Origin: Octopus sinensis | Lineage: Eukaryota | Length of the DNA stretch: 64,000 bases | NCBI RefSeq assembly: GCF_006345805.1 | Contig: NC_043013.1 | Span: 9,734,001-9,798,000, forward strand | Direction of reading: 5' to 3' | In this document: positions 39,456 to 53,372 of the stretch, piece after piece | How positions within the stretch are numbered: position 1 is the first letter of the stretch | How the letters are laid out: every line of letters starts with the position of its first letter | The notes under the pieces: generated by a model | What the model saw: the letters and a program-made list of their open reading frames with translations, nothing else | What the model was told of the DNA's origin: nothing | Database searches by the model: none | Position numbers and translations under genes: made by a program

Positions 39456-40260
39456 ATGAATATGTATCCCTGCGTGTGTGTGTGCGAGCGAGTATTTGCT
39501 TGTGTGCGTGGATATGTGTATATATGTGTGTATATATACGTGTGACAATTTATACTAGCTTTATTTGCTTCGAGATTCATCTTTCCAAAATGATGCGTGT
39601 ATGTGTCTATCTCGCTCTTACTTTTAGTTTACATCCGTATTCGTGTGAGAGAGTATAGTTCTGCCATTGCTTTTGTGTGTGTGTGTCCGTGTCCGTCCGT
39701 GTTTTGTGATTCGATTTCTTGCCTGTTTGACTGCACATAATTATATGCAAAACCAGGAAAGAACTCTAACCTTTCTTCACTTAGCAAGTGTCATGAATGC
39801 ATTTCCGGAAGTTGCTGAAGCAGAAACTGTTTTAAATGCAATTTCTTCTTTACGTAGCTAAAAAAGCAAAAACTTTCCCGGCATACACACACACATCCGC
39901 ACACACACACACATACACGCACACTACGCACGCACACACACACGCCCCCCCCCCCCACACACAACGCGTACGCTCGCACACTCAGTCACTCACACAAATA
40001 CGCCCCGAAACAAGTCAAAATGTCGTACACAAAAAAATCTCCGTAAATACACACAGTGCTTAACACAAATACACACACCACTTAAATACGCGTGTATCTT
40101 TGGTGCATATTAGCAAATAATACACTTTATTTAAATGTAAATGTCACACATTTGTTTGTACATTCACACACTGTATGCACATAAGTATAAATTATATACA
40201 TTCAAAAGCTAAAAAGAAAAGGCAAAATAAAATTATGAATATTATTTTATTTGATATGTA

Positions 40261-40490
40261 TTTCTTTACAACCCACAAGGGGCTAAAAACAGAGGGGACA
40301 AACAAGGACAAACAAACGGATTAAGTCGATTATATCGACCCCAGTGCGTAACTGGTACTTAATTTATCGACCTCGAAAGGATGAAAGGCAAAGTCGAGCT
40401 CGGCGGAATTTGAACTCAGAACGTAGCGGCAGACGAAATACCGCTAAGCATTTCGCCCGGAGTGCTAACGTTTCTACCAGCTCGCCGCCT
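40261..40490 (-). mobile_element. SINE family B, full length
   Basis: Reverse of B consensus; TSD-like tttgatat(g/a)ta on both sides. Confidence 0.92.
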
Positions 40491-40869
40491 TTTGATATAT
40501 AAAACAATAAAGATCTGCTTCAACAACTATCGACTAACTCATGCTAGCAAGATTTAGACGTAATTCCTTAGAATATTGGATAGGTTTTATCTAATAAATA
40601 AATACATTAGATATTTATAAATGATCCATTAGTTATTTTGAATAATTTTTGTGAATGTTATATTTTCTCACTATAACCATTTCTACTATATATAGGTGAA
40701 ATACTTGAAATTTTTAGTCGATTATATCGTGCCCGGGATTCGACTAGTACTTAATTCATCGACTCCAAATGGATGTTAAAAGTTAAGCCTATCTCGGCAG
40801 AAATGTCTCAGAACGTGAAATCGGAAGATTTGCTGCTTAGCATTTTGTCCGGTGCTCTTACTCTTTTAA

Positions 40870-41026
40870 TCTTTTACTCTTTTACTTGTTTCAGTCATTT
40901 GACTGTGACCATGCTGGAGCACCGCCTTTAGTTGAGCAAATCGACCCCAGGACTTATTCTTTGTAAGCCTAGTACTTATTCCATCAGTCTCTTTTGCGAT
41001 ATTGGGGGGATAAACACAGATACACA

Positions 41027-41063
<37 letters not shown>

Positions 41064-41236
41064 ACACACACACGCACATATATATATATATATATATAAT
41101 ATATATATATATATATACGACGGGCTTCTTCCAGTTTCCATCTACTAAATCCACTCACAAGGCTTTGGTCAGCCCGAGGCTATAGTAGAAAACACTTGCC
41201 CAAGGTGTCACGCAGTGGGACTGAACCCGGAACCAT
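40870..41236 (-). mobile_element. SINE family A, 5'-truncated
   Basis: Reverse of A consensus from the ttttactc tail to cccggaacca. Confidence 0.9.
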
Positions 41237-42324
41237 TCTGCCAGATCGTCAGCTTATATTGAGGATATATATATATATCCTTTAGGTGCTAGTAGAAGGT
41301 TTGATTAACTGCAAGTTTTCAGACTGAAAATTGATAACTTTTCCGGGAATTTATACTAACTTTTAACGTAGTTAATTTTTTTAATTCGATATACTGTAAA
41401 CGTTGTTCTTATATTGCATAACCATACTTCTTCAAGTGAGAGAGGTAATATAACGATTGTTGTGTAAAGATGGACTACTTTGGTTACACATTTAACAATC
41501 ATCCTGAGCCTTTCTGATAACAGCATCAAGCACGCCTTTGCGCTGTTTAGCAGGAAGCCATTAATCTAAATATTCTGATGCAGTAGAGCAGTGCAGTTTT
41601 CATGGATGTGATTTCTTGATCCACTGTCAGTGAATATCTCCCAAGAAGCTCCTTTTGAACGGGTATCCTTTCGTCTAATTTATTCAAACTTAACCCATAA
41701 CCCACCCTCCACACGACACACTAAATTGTTTTTGCTGGTTAACAGATGCTGTCAAAGACACATAATGCGATATTCAAAAAACTATCTGTTTCGGTAGAAA
41801 TCAGGTCGGCTTCAGCTAACCTGGATATTTCTTGAAATGGAACGAACGGAAAGGAAATTGTCGTTGTTGAGTTGTAGTCATCGGTCAGTTTATAACACAG
41901 GAAGAAATGCGACAGATATTGGCTTGTTATAACTAAGAACATTATTTTGTTCCTACATTATATTCTATTAAAAAGTAAAAGCTGGAGAAGAAAACGGAAG
42001 TCACGGATTGCTAGAGTGTGTGTGTGTGTGTGTTTCCTTTATAAAATGATATTTGTAAGTAGGCTTTTTCGATTAGCTGAGGACTCTTTGCATCATTTAA
42101 CATTCATGATAGACCCATTACGTCAACCAATTGCATCATTTCTAATTAATTTAAAATATACATTTGTGAGATGTGAGTGAATTTACGTTTTCTATTAATT
42201 ACCAAAATATATAACAGAAACATATGCAGAAGCTGGCGATATTGAATTGCCAGCTACAAGAACCAAAGAAAATTAAACGAATTATGTCTATCCAACAACA
42301 ACAACAACAACAAAAATAATCTTT

Positions 42325-42500
42325 TTTTACTCTTTTACTCTTTTACTTGTTTCAGTCATGTGACTGTGGCCATGCTGGAGCACCGCCTTTAGACGTGCAA
42401 ATCGACCCAAGGACTTATACTTTGTAAGCCTTGAACTTATTCTATCGGTCTCTTTTGCCGAACCGCTAAGTTACGGGGATGCAAACACGCCAGCATCGGT
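42325..42500 (-). mobile_element. SINE family A, 3' half only
   Basis: ttttactcttttacttgtttcagtc...gccagcatcggtt. Confidence 0.88.
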
Positions 42501-42848
42501 TATTCTAACCCAACTTTTCATTGTATGCAAGGATTCTAGTAGCACAATAATCATTGTGTATTGTTTTGGTGTTTTCTACGATGGTAGAGTGTGATTTAAG
42601 GAAGATTAGGTGTTTTTATGCTCTGGTCAAATGATCACACCAATCCATTTTCTTTGGCTCGAAGATGGTGTTGCAAATATCAGTACGAGAAGTGAATAAA
42701 CTACGGTTGGCATTGGTTAAATTTCTGTGGTTGCATAAAGCCAGGTGAACATTGTTTGATGAACACGGCGATTAAAAACGTTCCAGCAGTGTTTATGTAA
42801 TTTTATTTGTCTAGGATTACATCATGCTGTAGTCTATCTTTTCGTTTT

Positions 42849-42913
42849 GTGGTTCAGTGGTAGAATGCTCGCCTGTCACGCGGGCGGCCCGGGTTCGATT
42901 CCCGGCTGATGCA
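42849..42913 (+). tRNA. tRNA-Gly-derived copy lacking acceptor positions 1-6, anticodon GTC (Asp); probably a retroposed pseudogene
   Basis: GTGGTTCAGTGGTAGAATGCTCGCCT-GTC-ACGCGGGCGGCCCGGGTTCGATTCCCGGCTGATGCA. D arm, T arm and 3' acceptor strand are tRNA-Gly(GCC) type; anticodon at 42875-42877; upstream bases (cgtttt) do not pair with the acceptor 3' strand. Confidence 0.85.
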
Positions 42914-44388
42914 CAGGTTTCTTTTTATTCAGCCCTGTGTGGCTAATAAAGAAACATATTTTGGTTTTATAAAGATAGTAAGGTTATGATTTAAAGGAAA
43001 CTTGGTTAATATATTTAGCAGGCTGGACAACTTTGTAGAAAATCTCTGAGTAGGTCTTCTGCCAAGATATAGTGTTAGTGACTGAGACATCTTCAATCTT
43101 CAACCTCTTTGTTTTCTGAATTCTTGTTTGGTAGATTTAAAACGTTGCCATCTGGGTATTTCGTGTTTCTAGCAAATTTCATTCTGTTGAAAGCATTTAA
43201 GTCAACTCAATAGTTTGTGAGTAACTTCCTCTCTTTGCACTAAGTCTCCCTTCCTCTTACAAGTCTCGAAAGCCCCATGAACGACCATACATACTACCCT
43301 ACCCATCTAAACTATAAAAGCAGCCTTTCTATATTGTTGAGAGTATGTGGTCTACAATATTTCTTGTGTGAAGCGGCAGTAGTAACGTTCCAGATATAAC
43401 TGAAAGCCTGAAATTTACTGGAACTGATTTGTAGAAATAATACGACTGACAGAAGTAGCATGGTTCTTGAAATTTCACCGGAATTCCCCTCCAGTATTCA
43501 TGGTACTTAACCACAGACACACATATACCTTGATAATATAACATGTGGGGTACAAGATGGCCACACACACGCACGTACACGTAGATTCATTGGATTCCTT
43601 CCCTTTGCAGTCGTTCTCTAGCGTGAGTTTATTTCTAGCTATGATTATATCTAATAAATTGAGCTATAAAATAAGTACTTTGAAAGGCTATGTAAGAGAG
43701 AATAAAACATGATATCTTTCAGATACCTGCTGGGAATATTTCACTTCCTCTTGAGAACACGCTAGCAACGTTTGCGAAAATGTAACTGTTATTGTTGGTT
43801 ACTAATCTGTCGTTGATTATTTCAGTTTCAATCTGTTCCACTTCTTAGCACTTGATCCAACGAGAGAAACCCTGTGTAATTCGTTTGACTTGCTAGAAAT
43901 CTTCCCCAAAACGCACCAACATCGTTTAAGTAAAGAGAAAGAGTTGATTTTACACTATGTTTGAAAATTGAGACGAAATGGTAACATCTGTACAGCCTTT
44001 AATACAAACTCTGTGTATTTAGAGTTGACATCGGCTCAGCAGTAAAAAATCATTATCCGTAGTTTCATCCTTCTTTTTGTTTTATTAATTTTCATAACAC
44101 AAATACATACTCAATCTCACTTTTTCTTTCCTCTCTCAAGCCATTTTCTATTCAGTCTTTATATATATATATATATATATATAGTTCCTTTCTTATAGAT
44201 TTTTTATCTATCAGAAAGGAACTCTATCTCTCTTAAGAAAATATCTTTTGATAAGCATAACAAATGCGCAACCGGTAAAAAGAACTTTCACCTAATTAAA
44301 TACACTCTCCCTTACTTAAATTATTTTGGCAGCATTTTCTTCATTTCCTTTTTATATATATCACAACTCGTGTTCCACATCTCCTTTT

Positions 44389-44430
<42 letters not shown>

Positions 44431-44518
44431 ATATTATATATATATATATGAAAAAGCAAAACAAAAACTAAACATCAGTCTGATGTTTTTGTTTAGATGA
44501 CACCTACTAACACACACA

Positions 44519-44587
<69 letters not shown>

Positions 44588-44640
44588 CACACACACACAC
44601 ATTTTGGTACTTTGAAAGTTAGAACTAATCTTCAATATAT

Positions 44641-44875
44641 ATATTTTTTTTACTAACCACAAGGGTTAAACACAGAGGGGACAAACAAAGACAGAAAAAC
44701 GGATTAAGTCGATTACATCAACTCCAGTGCGTAACTGGTACTTAAGTTATCGACCCCGAAAGGATGAAAGGCGAAGTCGACCTCGGTGAAATTTGAACTC
44801 AGAACTTAACGGCAGACGAAATACGGCTACGCATTTCACCCGGCGTGCTAACATTTCTGCCAGCTCGCCGCCTTT
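44641..44875 (-). mobile_element. SINE family B, full length
   Basis: Perfect 16-bp TSD ctaatcttcaatatat at 44625-44640 and 44876-44891. Confidence 0.93.
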
Positions 44876-45238
44876 CTAATCTTCAATATATTTAGGGTGG
44901 GGATTGATTTTAAAACTAGCATGAATTTTGCCCTATGAGGATGAATAAATTATCTGTCGATATGCTGATTCTTGATACTATAGGCACAAGGCCTGAAATT
45001 TTGTGAGAAGGGGCTAGTCTAATACATCGACCCAAATGCTCAACCTCATGACATTCGTATTTCCACCGACCATTTCAGGATCTTAGATTTGGTATTAACA
45101 CTTCCTCATCACATGATGGAGGTGTAGTTATTTCATTTAATTTTACATGTGCTCAGAGAACAAGTTGCTAGCTCGTCTATTTTTTTTATATAGGGCCGAA
45201 ATGTATTTCTTTGGAGTTTTTTTTTTATCTTTTAGCTG

Positions 45239-45462
45239 TTACTCTTTTACACTTTTACTTGTTTCAGTCATTTGACTGCAGCCATGCTGGAGCACTGCCT
45301 TTAGTCGAGGAATTCAACCCCAGGACGTAATTTTTGGAAGCCTAGTACTTATTCTATCGGTCTCTTTTGCCGAACCGCTAAGTTACGGGGGACGCAAACA
45401 CACCAGCATCGGTTGTCAAGCGATGTTGGGGGGACAAACACAGACACACAAACACACACACA

Positions 45463-45514
<52 letters not shown>

Positions 45515-45660
45515 CGACGGGCTTCTTTCAGTCTACCAAATCCACACACAAGCCTTTGGTCGGCCCGAGGCTATAGTAGAACACACTTGCCCAAGGTGTC
45601 ACGCAGTGCGACTGAACCCAGAAGCGTGTGGTTGGTAAGCAAGCTACTTACCACAGCTGT
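45239..45660 (-). mobile_element. SINE family A
   Basis: Reverse of A consensus. Confidence 0.9.
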
Positions 45661-46599
45661 TACTGTTCATTATTTTCGTTTTCTTTGTACTGGTTTGATC
45701 ATCCATGTTTCTTTTTTCCGAGCTTTCTATTTCAAGCTTTTTACTCCTTGAAATGTTACAACTAAGCTTCCAACTCTGTATCATTAATCTTACATCCTTC
45801 ATCTCAGCGCCTTCTACGAGATAAAGAGATGAAAGGCAACGTTGGCCGCGTAGAGATATGAATTCGGAACAAAAAAAACCGAAAAAAGTACGGCAAAGTA
45901 TTATCTCCAACACACTAACGTTCTGTCAGTATGCTGTCTTATAGTTTCTATTTTGTGAACAGGGCCAATTTTGCGACTGAAAGAGTTAGTGTATTAGATC
46001 TTACCCAGTACTTGACTGATACATAACTTTATCGATCCCAGAGGCATAAAAGCTGAAGTTGATTTCGACGAGTTTTGAACTCGCTAAATGCTTCCAAGTT
46101 AAGCAAGCACAAAACCAGTAAGTTTGAAAAGGTTGTTAGTCAATTACATTCACCTAGTATTTATCTTATGAAACCAAGAAAGATGGAAGCAAAACTGACC
46201 GTGGTGGGATTTGAAATCAGAATACAAAGAACCGGAAGATATAGAGCAAGGCATTTGTTTTGACGCTCTAACGATTCTGCGAATTCAAGGATAACAGCAA
46301 CGAAATATATTATGTTCAGAGAGGTTTCGTAAAGTATTTTAAAAGTTTTGTCAAGGCATGTCAAAATCTATAAGTGTGTGTCACACATGAGTGTTGCTAT
46401 AGCAACCCAGATACTGAGAGATAGGCATACTACGCTACTGTAATAGAAGTATATGGTTGGTACGGGTGGGGGAGGAACCGATAGTTATTTATCAAAGTCC
46501 TTTTTCTTCTCTTTCATCTAGCTTCCTTTTCTCCAGCTTATTCTTTCTTCTCTCTCATCCTTTTCTTTTTCTTGCCTCCCTTCTTCCTCCCCTCCTCAT

Positions 46600-46720
46600 T
46601 CTCCTCTTCTTCTTCTTGATCTTCTTTTGTTGTTGTTGTTGTTCTTCTTCTTCTTGATCTTCTTTTTGTTGATGTTGTTGTTGTTGTTGTTCTTCTTCTT
46701 CTTGATCTTCTTTTTGTTGA

Positions 46721-46751
<31 letters not shown>

Positions 46752-47348
46752 CTTCTTCTTCTTCTTCTTCTATTTCTTCTACTTCTACTTCCTCTTCTTC
46801 CCTTTTTTCTTCTTCTTCTTCTTGATCTTCTTTTTGTCGTTGTTGTTGTTCTTCTTCTTCATGTTCTTTTTGTTGATGTTGTTCTTCTTTTTCTTCTTCT
46901 ACTTCTTCTACTTCTTCTTCTATATCTTCTTCTTTTTGTTATTGTTGTTTCTGTTGTTGTTGTTCTTCTTCTTCATGTTCTTTTTGTTGATCTTCTTTTT
47001 CTTCTTCTTCTTCTTCTTCTTCTTCTTCTTCTTCTTCTTCTATTTCTTCTACTTCTACTTCCTCTTCTTCCCTTTTTTCTTCTTCTTCTTCTTGATCTTC
47101 TTTTTGTCGTTGTTGTTGTTCTTCTTCTTCTTGATCTTCTTTTGTTGTTGTTGTTGTTCTTCTTCTTCTTCTTCTTCTTCTCTTCTTCTTCTTCTTGATC
47201 TTCTTTTGTTGTTGTTGTTCTTCTTCTTCTTCTTCTCTTCTTCTTCTTCTTCTTCTTCTTCTTCTTCTTCTTCTTCTCTTCTTCTTCTTCTTCTATTTCT
47301 TCTACTTCTACTTCCTCTTCTTCCTTTTTTCTTCTTCTTCTTCTTCTT

Positions 47349-47432
<84 letters not shown>
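46600..47432. repeat. Compound (TTC)n/(TTG)n repeat with higher-order units, ending in (ATT)n
   Basis: Block tatttcttctacttctacttcctcttcttccc...gatcttctttttgtcg recurs at 46771 and 47041 (270 bp apart) and partly at ~47294. Confidence 0.95.
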
Positions 47433-47435
<3 letters not shown>

Positions 47436-47551
47436 ATATTCTCTTGTGCTAGCTCAGCTGGGTTTCATTTTTGACATTCGCACTTTCATGTAATTTAATT
47501 GTTAATGTAATTTCATCTTGATATCGCTTGGGTCACTTATATTTAACTCAC

Positions 47552-47615
47552 CAGGGAAGGAGCGAACCTGCTTCCTTTGCAATCTCAAAACCATTCCACA
47601 AATCAAGGGGAGAAA
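47552..47615 (-). CDS. Candidate 64-nt internal exon of an unidentified host gene (xSPLDLWNGFEIAKEAGSLLP)
   Basis: Branch-point-like TACTGAC about 22 nt upstream, ctctag acceptor, CTG|GTGAGT donor, open in two frames. No homology recognised. Confidence 0.3.
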
Positions 47616-48766
47616 CTAGAGCCAAAGCACGAAATGTCAGTAAGGAATTTCATTGACACTACATAATCTTCATTATTTTGGCAATATCTTCACTATAAAG
47701 GCATCGGGTTATTCAGATAATCTTGTTTTTGTTGACGCCATACTTCTAGCGATTGATGTCGATGTATCTTGTGCTTTGGGATGTGGGTCGGTGTGGTGTT
47801 GAGCAAAGCATTCTTTTTTTCTGGAGCCTCTTGATATCTGGGTGTAACTACATGTGTGTGTATGTGTACGTGTATGCATGTACGTTTGTGTGATTTTATA
47901 TATAATATATTATATATATATATATATAATATATATATATATAATATATATATATAGATAGATAGATAGATACTTATGTATGTATGTATCTATACACACT
48001 GATATGCAAACATGTATGTTTGTACTCATAGAAAAATGTGATGAATATCTGAATCTGTGTGTGGTAGCCTATGAGAAAATAGATAGATGGATAGATAGAT
48101 AGGGGCAGGTAGACAGAAAGGGTGAGAGAGAAAGAGAGGGGAGAGAGAGAGAGAGAGCAAGAGATATGAATTCCGTGTGTGACGTAACTTCGTCGTCGTT
48201 GTGTTTTCTTGATTAAATCTGAAAATGTTTAGACAAAGCCTCCTCAATGACAAATGTTTGTGATTAGTGCAGTGCCGGCTTCGTCAAAATCTGACACAAT
48301 TCTCTTTTTGCACATAATACCATCAAAACAATTTGTATATCACTGAGACACGCACGTATACAAACATCAACATGCATACACACATCCTGTCATACATGAA
48401 TACCTATGTATTATATATTTCATATGCCTATATATTCACATCACCAATGTTTCTGCTATCTTGCTGTATGTTATCTTCAACACTCTTGTAATTCGTAACC
48501 AATTAAACACCATTATATACATTTGGCGAATCTTTGCTTAAAATTCATTACAACTGGCAATGTCCTTTTCTTTTCTTTTAATACTTCAACTAATTGAATT
48601 AATTGTTTGGCGCACATTAAGATACTTCTCAACGGCATGACACTATGATTTATATTTACCATATAAAGATACAATCAGTCATTGTGACGTTCTAAAGTCT
48701 TGAAGCAGAGTACGTCAATCTACAGGCACTTGAAAGAGAATTTTGAAGTTGAACGAAAGGCTCAAT

Positions 48767-48980
48767 GAAGGCGCTTGGCCTGGTAGTTAGTGTTGATCTT
48801 AAGATCAGGATTTCCATTTCTAGACCGGGCGGTGTGTTGTTCATTTCACGTTGCTCCAGTCCATTCAGCTGTAGATGGGTCACTCTATGACGGACCGGCA
48901 TCCCGTTCAGGGAGAATGTCGATAATTCGGTCATTCAATGCTATAAATACCGGGCAACTGGTCTGATGAGTCTTAGGTCT
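48767..48980 (+). mobile_element. Degenerate SINE family D
   Basis: ggcgcttggcctggtagttag head; catttcacgttgctccagtccattcagctg core; gaccggcatcccgttcaggg. Confidence 0.75.
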
Positions 48981-49306
48981 AAAACAGAACTCACTCACTC
49001 AGGAAAGTAGCTTGTATAAGTCTGAAACATATTAAAGAAATATCGACACCTTACCCATTTATGAACACACAAAAAATGTCATATTCACTTTTCGTTTATT
49101 TTTTGAAATGTCAAAAAGTAACTTCACACTTCCAGAATCTCGTCATTAACACAAATCCAGAGATGCAGTACACATATGTTGGTGTCCAGGTCGCAGAACT
49201 ACGACGAAACTGTTTGACAATATCATAACATGAAGGAAATTATTTCTTAACTTTAATATGAATGTATAATTTTCAATAACATCTTCTGAATGGAGAAGAT
49301 ATTATC

Positions 49307-49510
49307 CAGGCTGTGTGTTAAGTAGCTTTCTTACTAACGACATGGTTTCGGGTTCAGTCTCACTGCGTGCCACCTTGGGCAAGTGTCTTCTACTATAGTC
49401 TCGGGCCGACCAAAGCCTTATGAGTGGATTTGGTAAACGGAAACTGAAAGAAGCTCGTCGTATATATATGTATATATATATATGTTTGTGTGTCTGTGTT
49501 TGTTCCCCCT
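49307..49510 (+). mobile_element. SINE family A, 5' half
   Basis: Head, core and (TA/TG)n; the 3' half is replaced by an HHR element. Confidence 0.85.
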
Positions 49511-49539
49511 TCTCCGTCTTTCCTTCCTTTTCTTTCTAT

Positions 49540-49574
49540 ATTTCTGACGAAGAGCTCCGCTCGAAACATCAAAT
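49540..49574 (+). ncRNA. Minimal hammerhead-like motif (helix III mismatch) in a short element ~49510-49673
   Basis: attt-CTGACGA-A-GAGC-TCC-GCTC-GAAAC-ATC-aaat; the element ends directly in a long (TA)n. Confidence 0.6.
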
Positions 49575-49671
49575 CCTCCATTCGTTCTTTCCTTTCCTGA
49601 GCGTCCAATAACACTGTACTTGTTCCACGTCCTCGCGTTTTTGTGTATTCTCTTGTTCATGTTTGGATTAA

Positions 49672-49864
<193 letters not shown>

Positions 49865-50340
49865 GCGAGAACTGGAAAATTCCCGCATAAATTAGAACCA
49901 AACATACATATACTGTCTTCGTGTTACGCATTCACTCGTAAGCACATAACACGTGATAGAAGGGGAGGAGGGAGAGGAAACGAAAGAGCGCGGCGCATTA
50001 CCATATCTACTGTCAGCCACTTCATTTGATTCTTGCAAAGCCATTAGTAACGATCTCATCTTTCCTGTGTAATTTATCTTGCAAACCAAGGAAATTGACA
50101 CTTTTGTCTAGTTTTAATAGATGAAGATCACAACACACACAAACACATAAAGCGTGTGTGTGTGTGTGGGAGAGAGAGAGAGAGAGAGAGGAAGAGAGAG
50201 AGAGAGAGGAGGGAAGAGAAAGAGAGTGTCCACCGAAGCAACAAAGTTCCAAAACATCCGATACATGTCATATCTTAATTTCTTCTTTTCAGATATTCTC
50301 TAAGACACAGAAATAAGTGACTACTAAATTTGGCCCACGC

Positions 50341-50831
<491 letters not shown>

Positions 50832-51529
50832 ACCAAGAATATATACGTAGCAATAACAACAGTATTACTTCGTGCTCATCTGTCTTCTGACTTTTGACGA
50901 GCTGTAGTTATTGTCTCTGCTGCCGCTAATGTCGTTGCATATATTTGTAAAGGTCATTTACAGATGTTTCCGATACATTTCCATCAAACTCAGATCTAGA
51001 AATCTGAACGCAAAACTCTTTAACGTATCGGTCCGTAGGTTATTGTTATTGTTGTTGTTTCGTTGGAGACATATTTAAAAAACGCTACCGCAAATACAAA
51101 CAATTTTATCGGCGATCAATTAGATTTGTATTTAAGTTCCTCAATTTCAGCTAATAGAACCCTTCATTTAAGTGTGATTTAAAGTGTGAAGCTGTCCTTT
51201 AAATCAATTACCATATTTACTACACAATAATACCTTAATATAATTTAGCTTAGGCAATTCTACCAATCTGCTTGCTTTCGTAATGAGATTGAGGGCTTTT
51301 TAGAAAGCCTTTTAAACAGAAACTAAATTGTTATGGAGCGTTTTCTGTTCGGTGTTTTTCTTATAATTTTCATTTTCCTTTTGGCTAATTTCGTGTTTGG
51401 GAAGTTACTAATCGGTTTTCTTACGCAAGCAACATAATTATTTACATTATGTTTTTTTCTGCTTCCTCTCAAACTCTTTTACTGAATATTACATTAAATC
51501 TAATATTTTGTTATCATAAATAAATAAAT

Positions 51530-51698
51530 AGGCGCAGGAGTGGCTGTGTGGTAAGTAGCTTGCTTGCCAACCACATGGTTCTGGGTTCATTCCCACTGTG
51601 TGCTACCTTGGGCAAGTGTCTTCTACTATAGCCTCGGGCGACCAAAGCCTTGTGTGTGGATTTGGTAGACAGAAACTGAAATAAGCCCGTCGTATATA

Positions 51699-51759
<61 letters not shown>

Positions 51760-51985
51760 GTATGTGTGTATATCTTTGTGTGTCTGTGTTTGTCCCCCTA
51801 ACAGCGTTTGACAACTGATGGTGGTGTGTTTACGTCACCATAACTTAGCGGTTCGGCAAAAGAGATCGATAGAATAAGTACTAGGCTTCCAAAGAATAAG
51901 TCCTCGGGTCGATTTGCTCGACTAAAGGCGGTGCTCCAGCATGGCCGAAGTCAAATGACTGAAACAAGTAAAAGAGTAAAGAGTA
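51530..51985 (+). mobile_element. SINE family A, full length
   Basis: Colinear with consensus; taaataaata on both flanks. Confidence 0.92.
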
Positions 51986-52880
51986 AATAAATATGGTTAA
52001 CAAGCTAGCTTTGCAACCACCTAGCTTCACGTTCAATCTCAATGCGCAGCGCCTTGTGCGTGTGTCTTTTCCTAAATCTCCAGGCTAACCAAATACTCGC
52101 GAAGGAATGGATTTAGTAGACGGAATCCAGTTTGGCTGTTTGCGCGTGTGTAACCACAAAAGGAAAATAGAGAAAAAATGCATCACAGGTTCGATCATTT
52201 AGTGTTATGCACAAAGCATTTGATATTTTGGTTTGTTCGCATGGGAAAAGCGCGACGTTTTTAAATATTTAGTAACATGTGTATAAAACACACGTCAGTG
52301 AAGCTGCTTAGCTAATGATATTTTTGTGTTAATGAACGAATTGGTGGTTTTTGTTAAAAGAAATGCTCTAGTCAAGTACTGGATCGATGTAATCGACTAA
52401 CCCTCGTCCAAATAAATTTAGTGGCCTTGTGTCACAATTTGAAATTATTATCACTGGGGTTGATGTTATCGACGTGCTAATTCCCGCAAATTTTTTTTAC
52501 CTACTCAAAACCTTTCAAAAAACGATATTCACAAGACATTCTTTCAGACACACCGAAACAAACCTATCACTTCACTTTATAAATACATCTAAATGTGAAT
52601 AGATGTTAAGATAATCATAAAATCGACAATTCCATTACAGACTCCTTTACCATAAATTTCCTGGAATGTGCGATCTTTCTCCTTGTAATATTCTACAAGA
52701 GATTGACACTGGTCTAGACTGGCATTTGGTTAAAATATGCTATTCTTCCCATAGTGAATTTGCCAGAACGTGAAAAGTTACAAAAAAAAAAATATATATA
52801 TATATAATTTGATTCATTAGCATTAAAATTTCATTAGCAATAGCCGCTTCACATACATGTGTTGTATTTGATTTATTTAT

Positions 52881-53372
52881 GTGCCCTTTTCAAGCCTAGC
52901 CAGACTTATGGGCCCGGTTTCCCGGTTTCTGTGGCGTATGTGTTTCCCCCAGATGGACGGGACACCAGTCCATCGCAGCGTTACTCAAGAAACAGGAAGA
53001 AAGAGTGAGAGAAAGTTGGGGCGAAAGAGTACAACATGGGTCCCCCCCCCGCTGCCGGAGCCTCGTGGAGTTTCGGGTGTTTTCGCTCAATAAACACACA
53101 CAGCGCCTGGTCTGGGAACGGAAACTGCGATCCTCCTACCACGAAAATGTTCCTTCTCGAGCCATGCTAGGCTCATAAGGGCCGGTTTCCTGGTTTCAGT
53201 GGCGTAGAAATTCCCCACCTGGACGGGACGCCGGTCCGTCGCAGGATTACTCATTTTTGCCAGCTGAGTGGACTGGAGCAACGTGAAATGAAGTGTTTTG
53301 CTCAAGAACACAACGCATCGCCCGCTCCAGGAATCGAAACCACAACCTTACGATCATGAGCCACGCGCCTCC
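52881..53372 (-). mobile_element. Two adjacent SINE family D elements (variant 52881-53135; canonical 53150-53372)
   Basis: Both carry ggacggga(c)(a/g)cc(a/g)gtcc(a/g)tcgcag and ccggtttcc(c/t)ggtttc; B boxes on the minus strand. Confidence 0.85.

Noticed and set aside
39667-39861. ORF ending QERTLTFLHLASVMNAFPEVAEAETVLNAISSLRS
   Set aside because: Weak acceptor, no recognisable homology, and the N-terminus is microsatellite.
41739-41942. Minus ORF with a pyrimidine-rich acceptor (EISRLAEADLISTETDSF...)
   Set aside because: No donor or recognisable motif; not phase-compatible with the 47552-47615 candidate (would create TGA).
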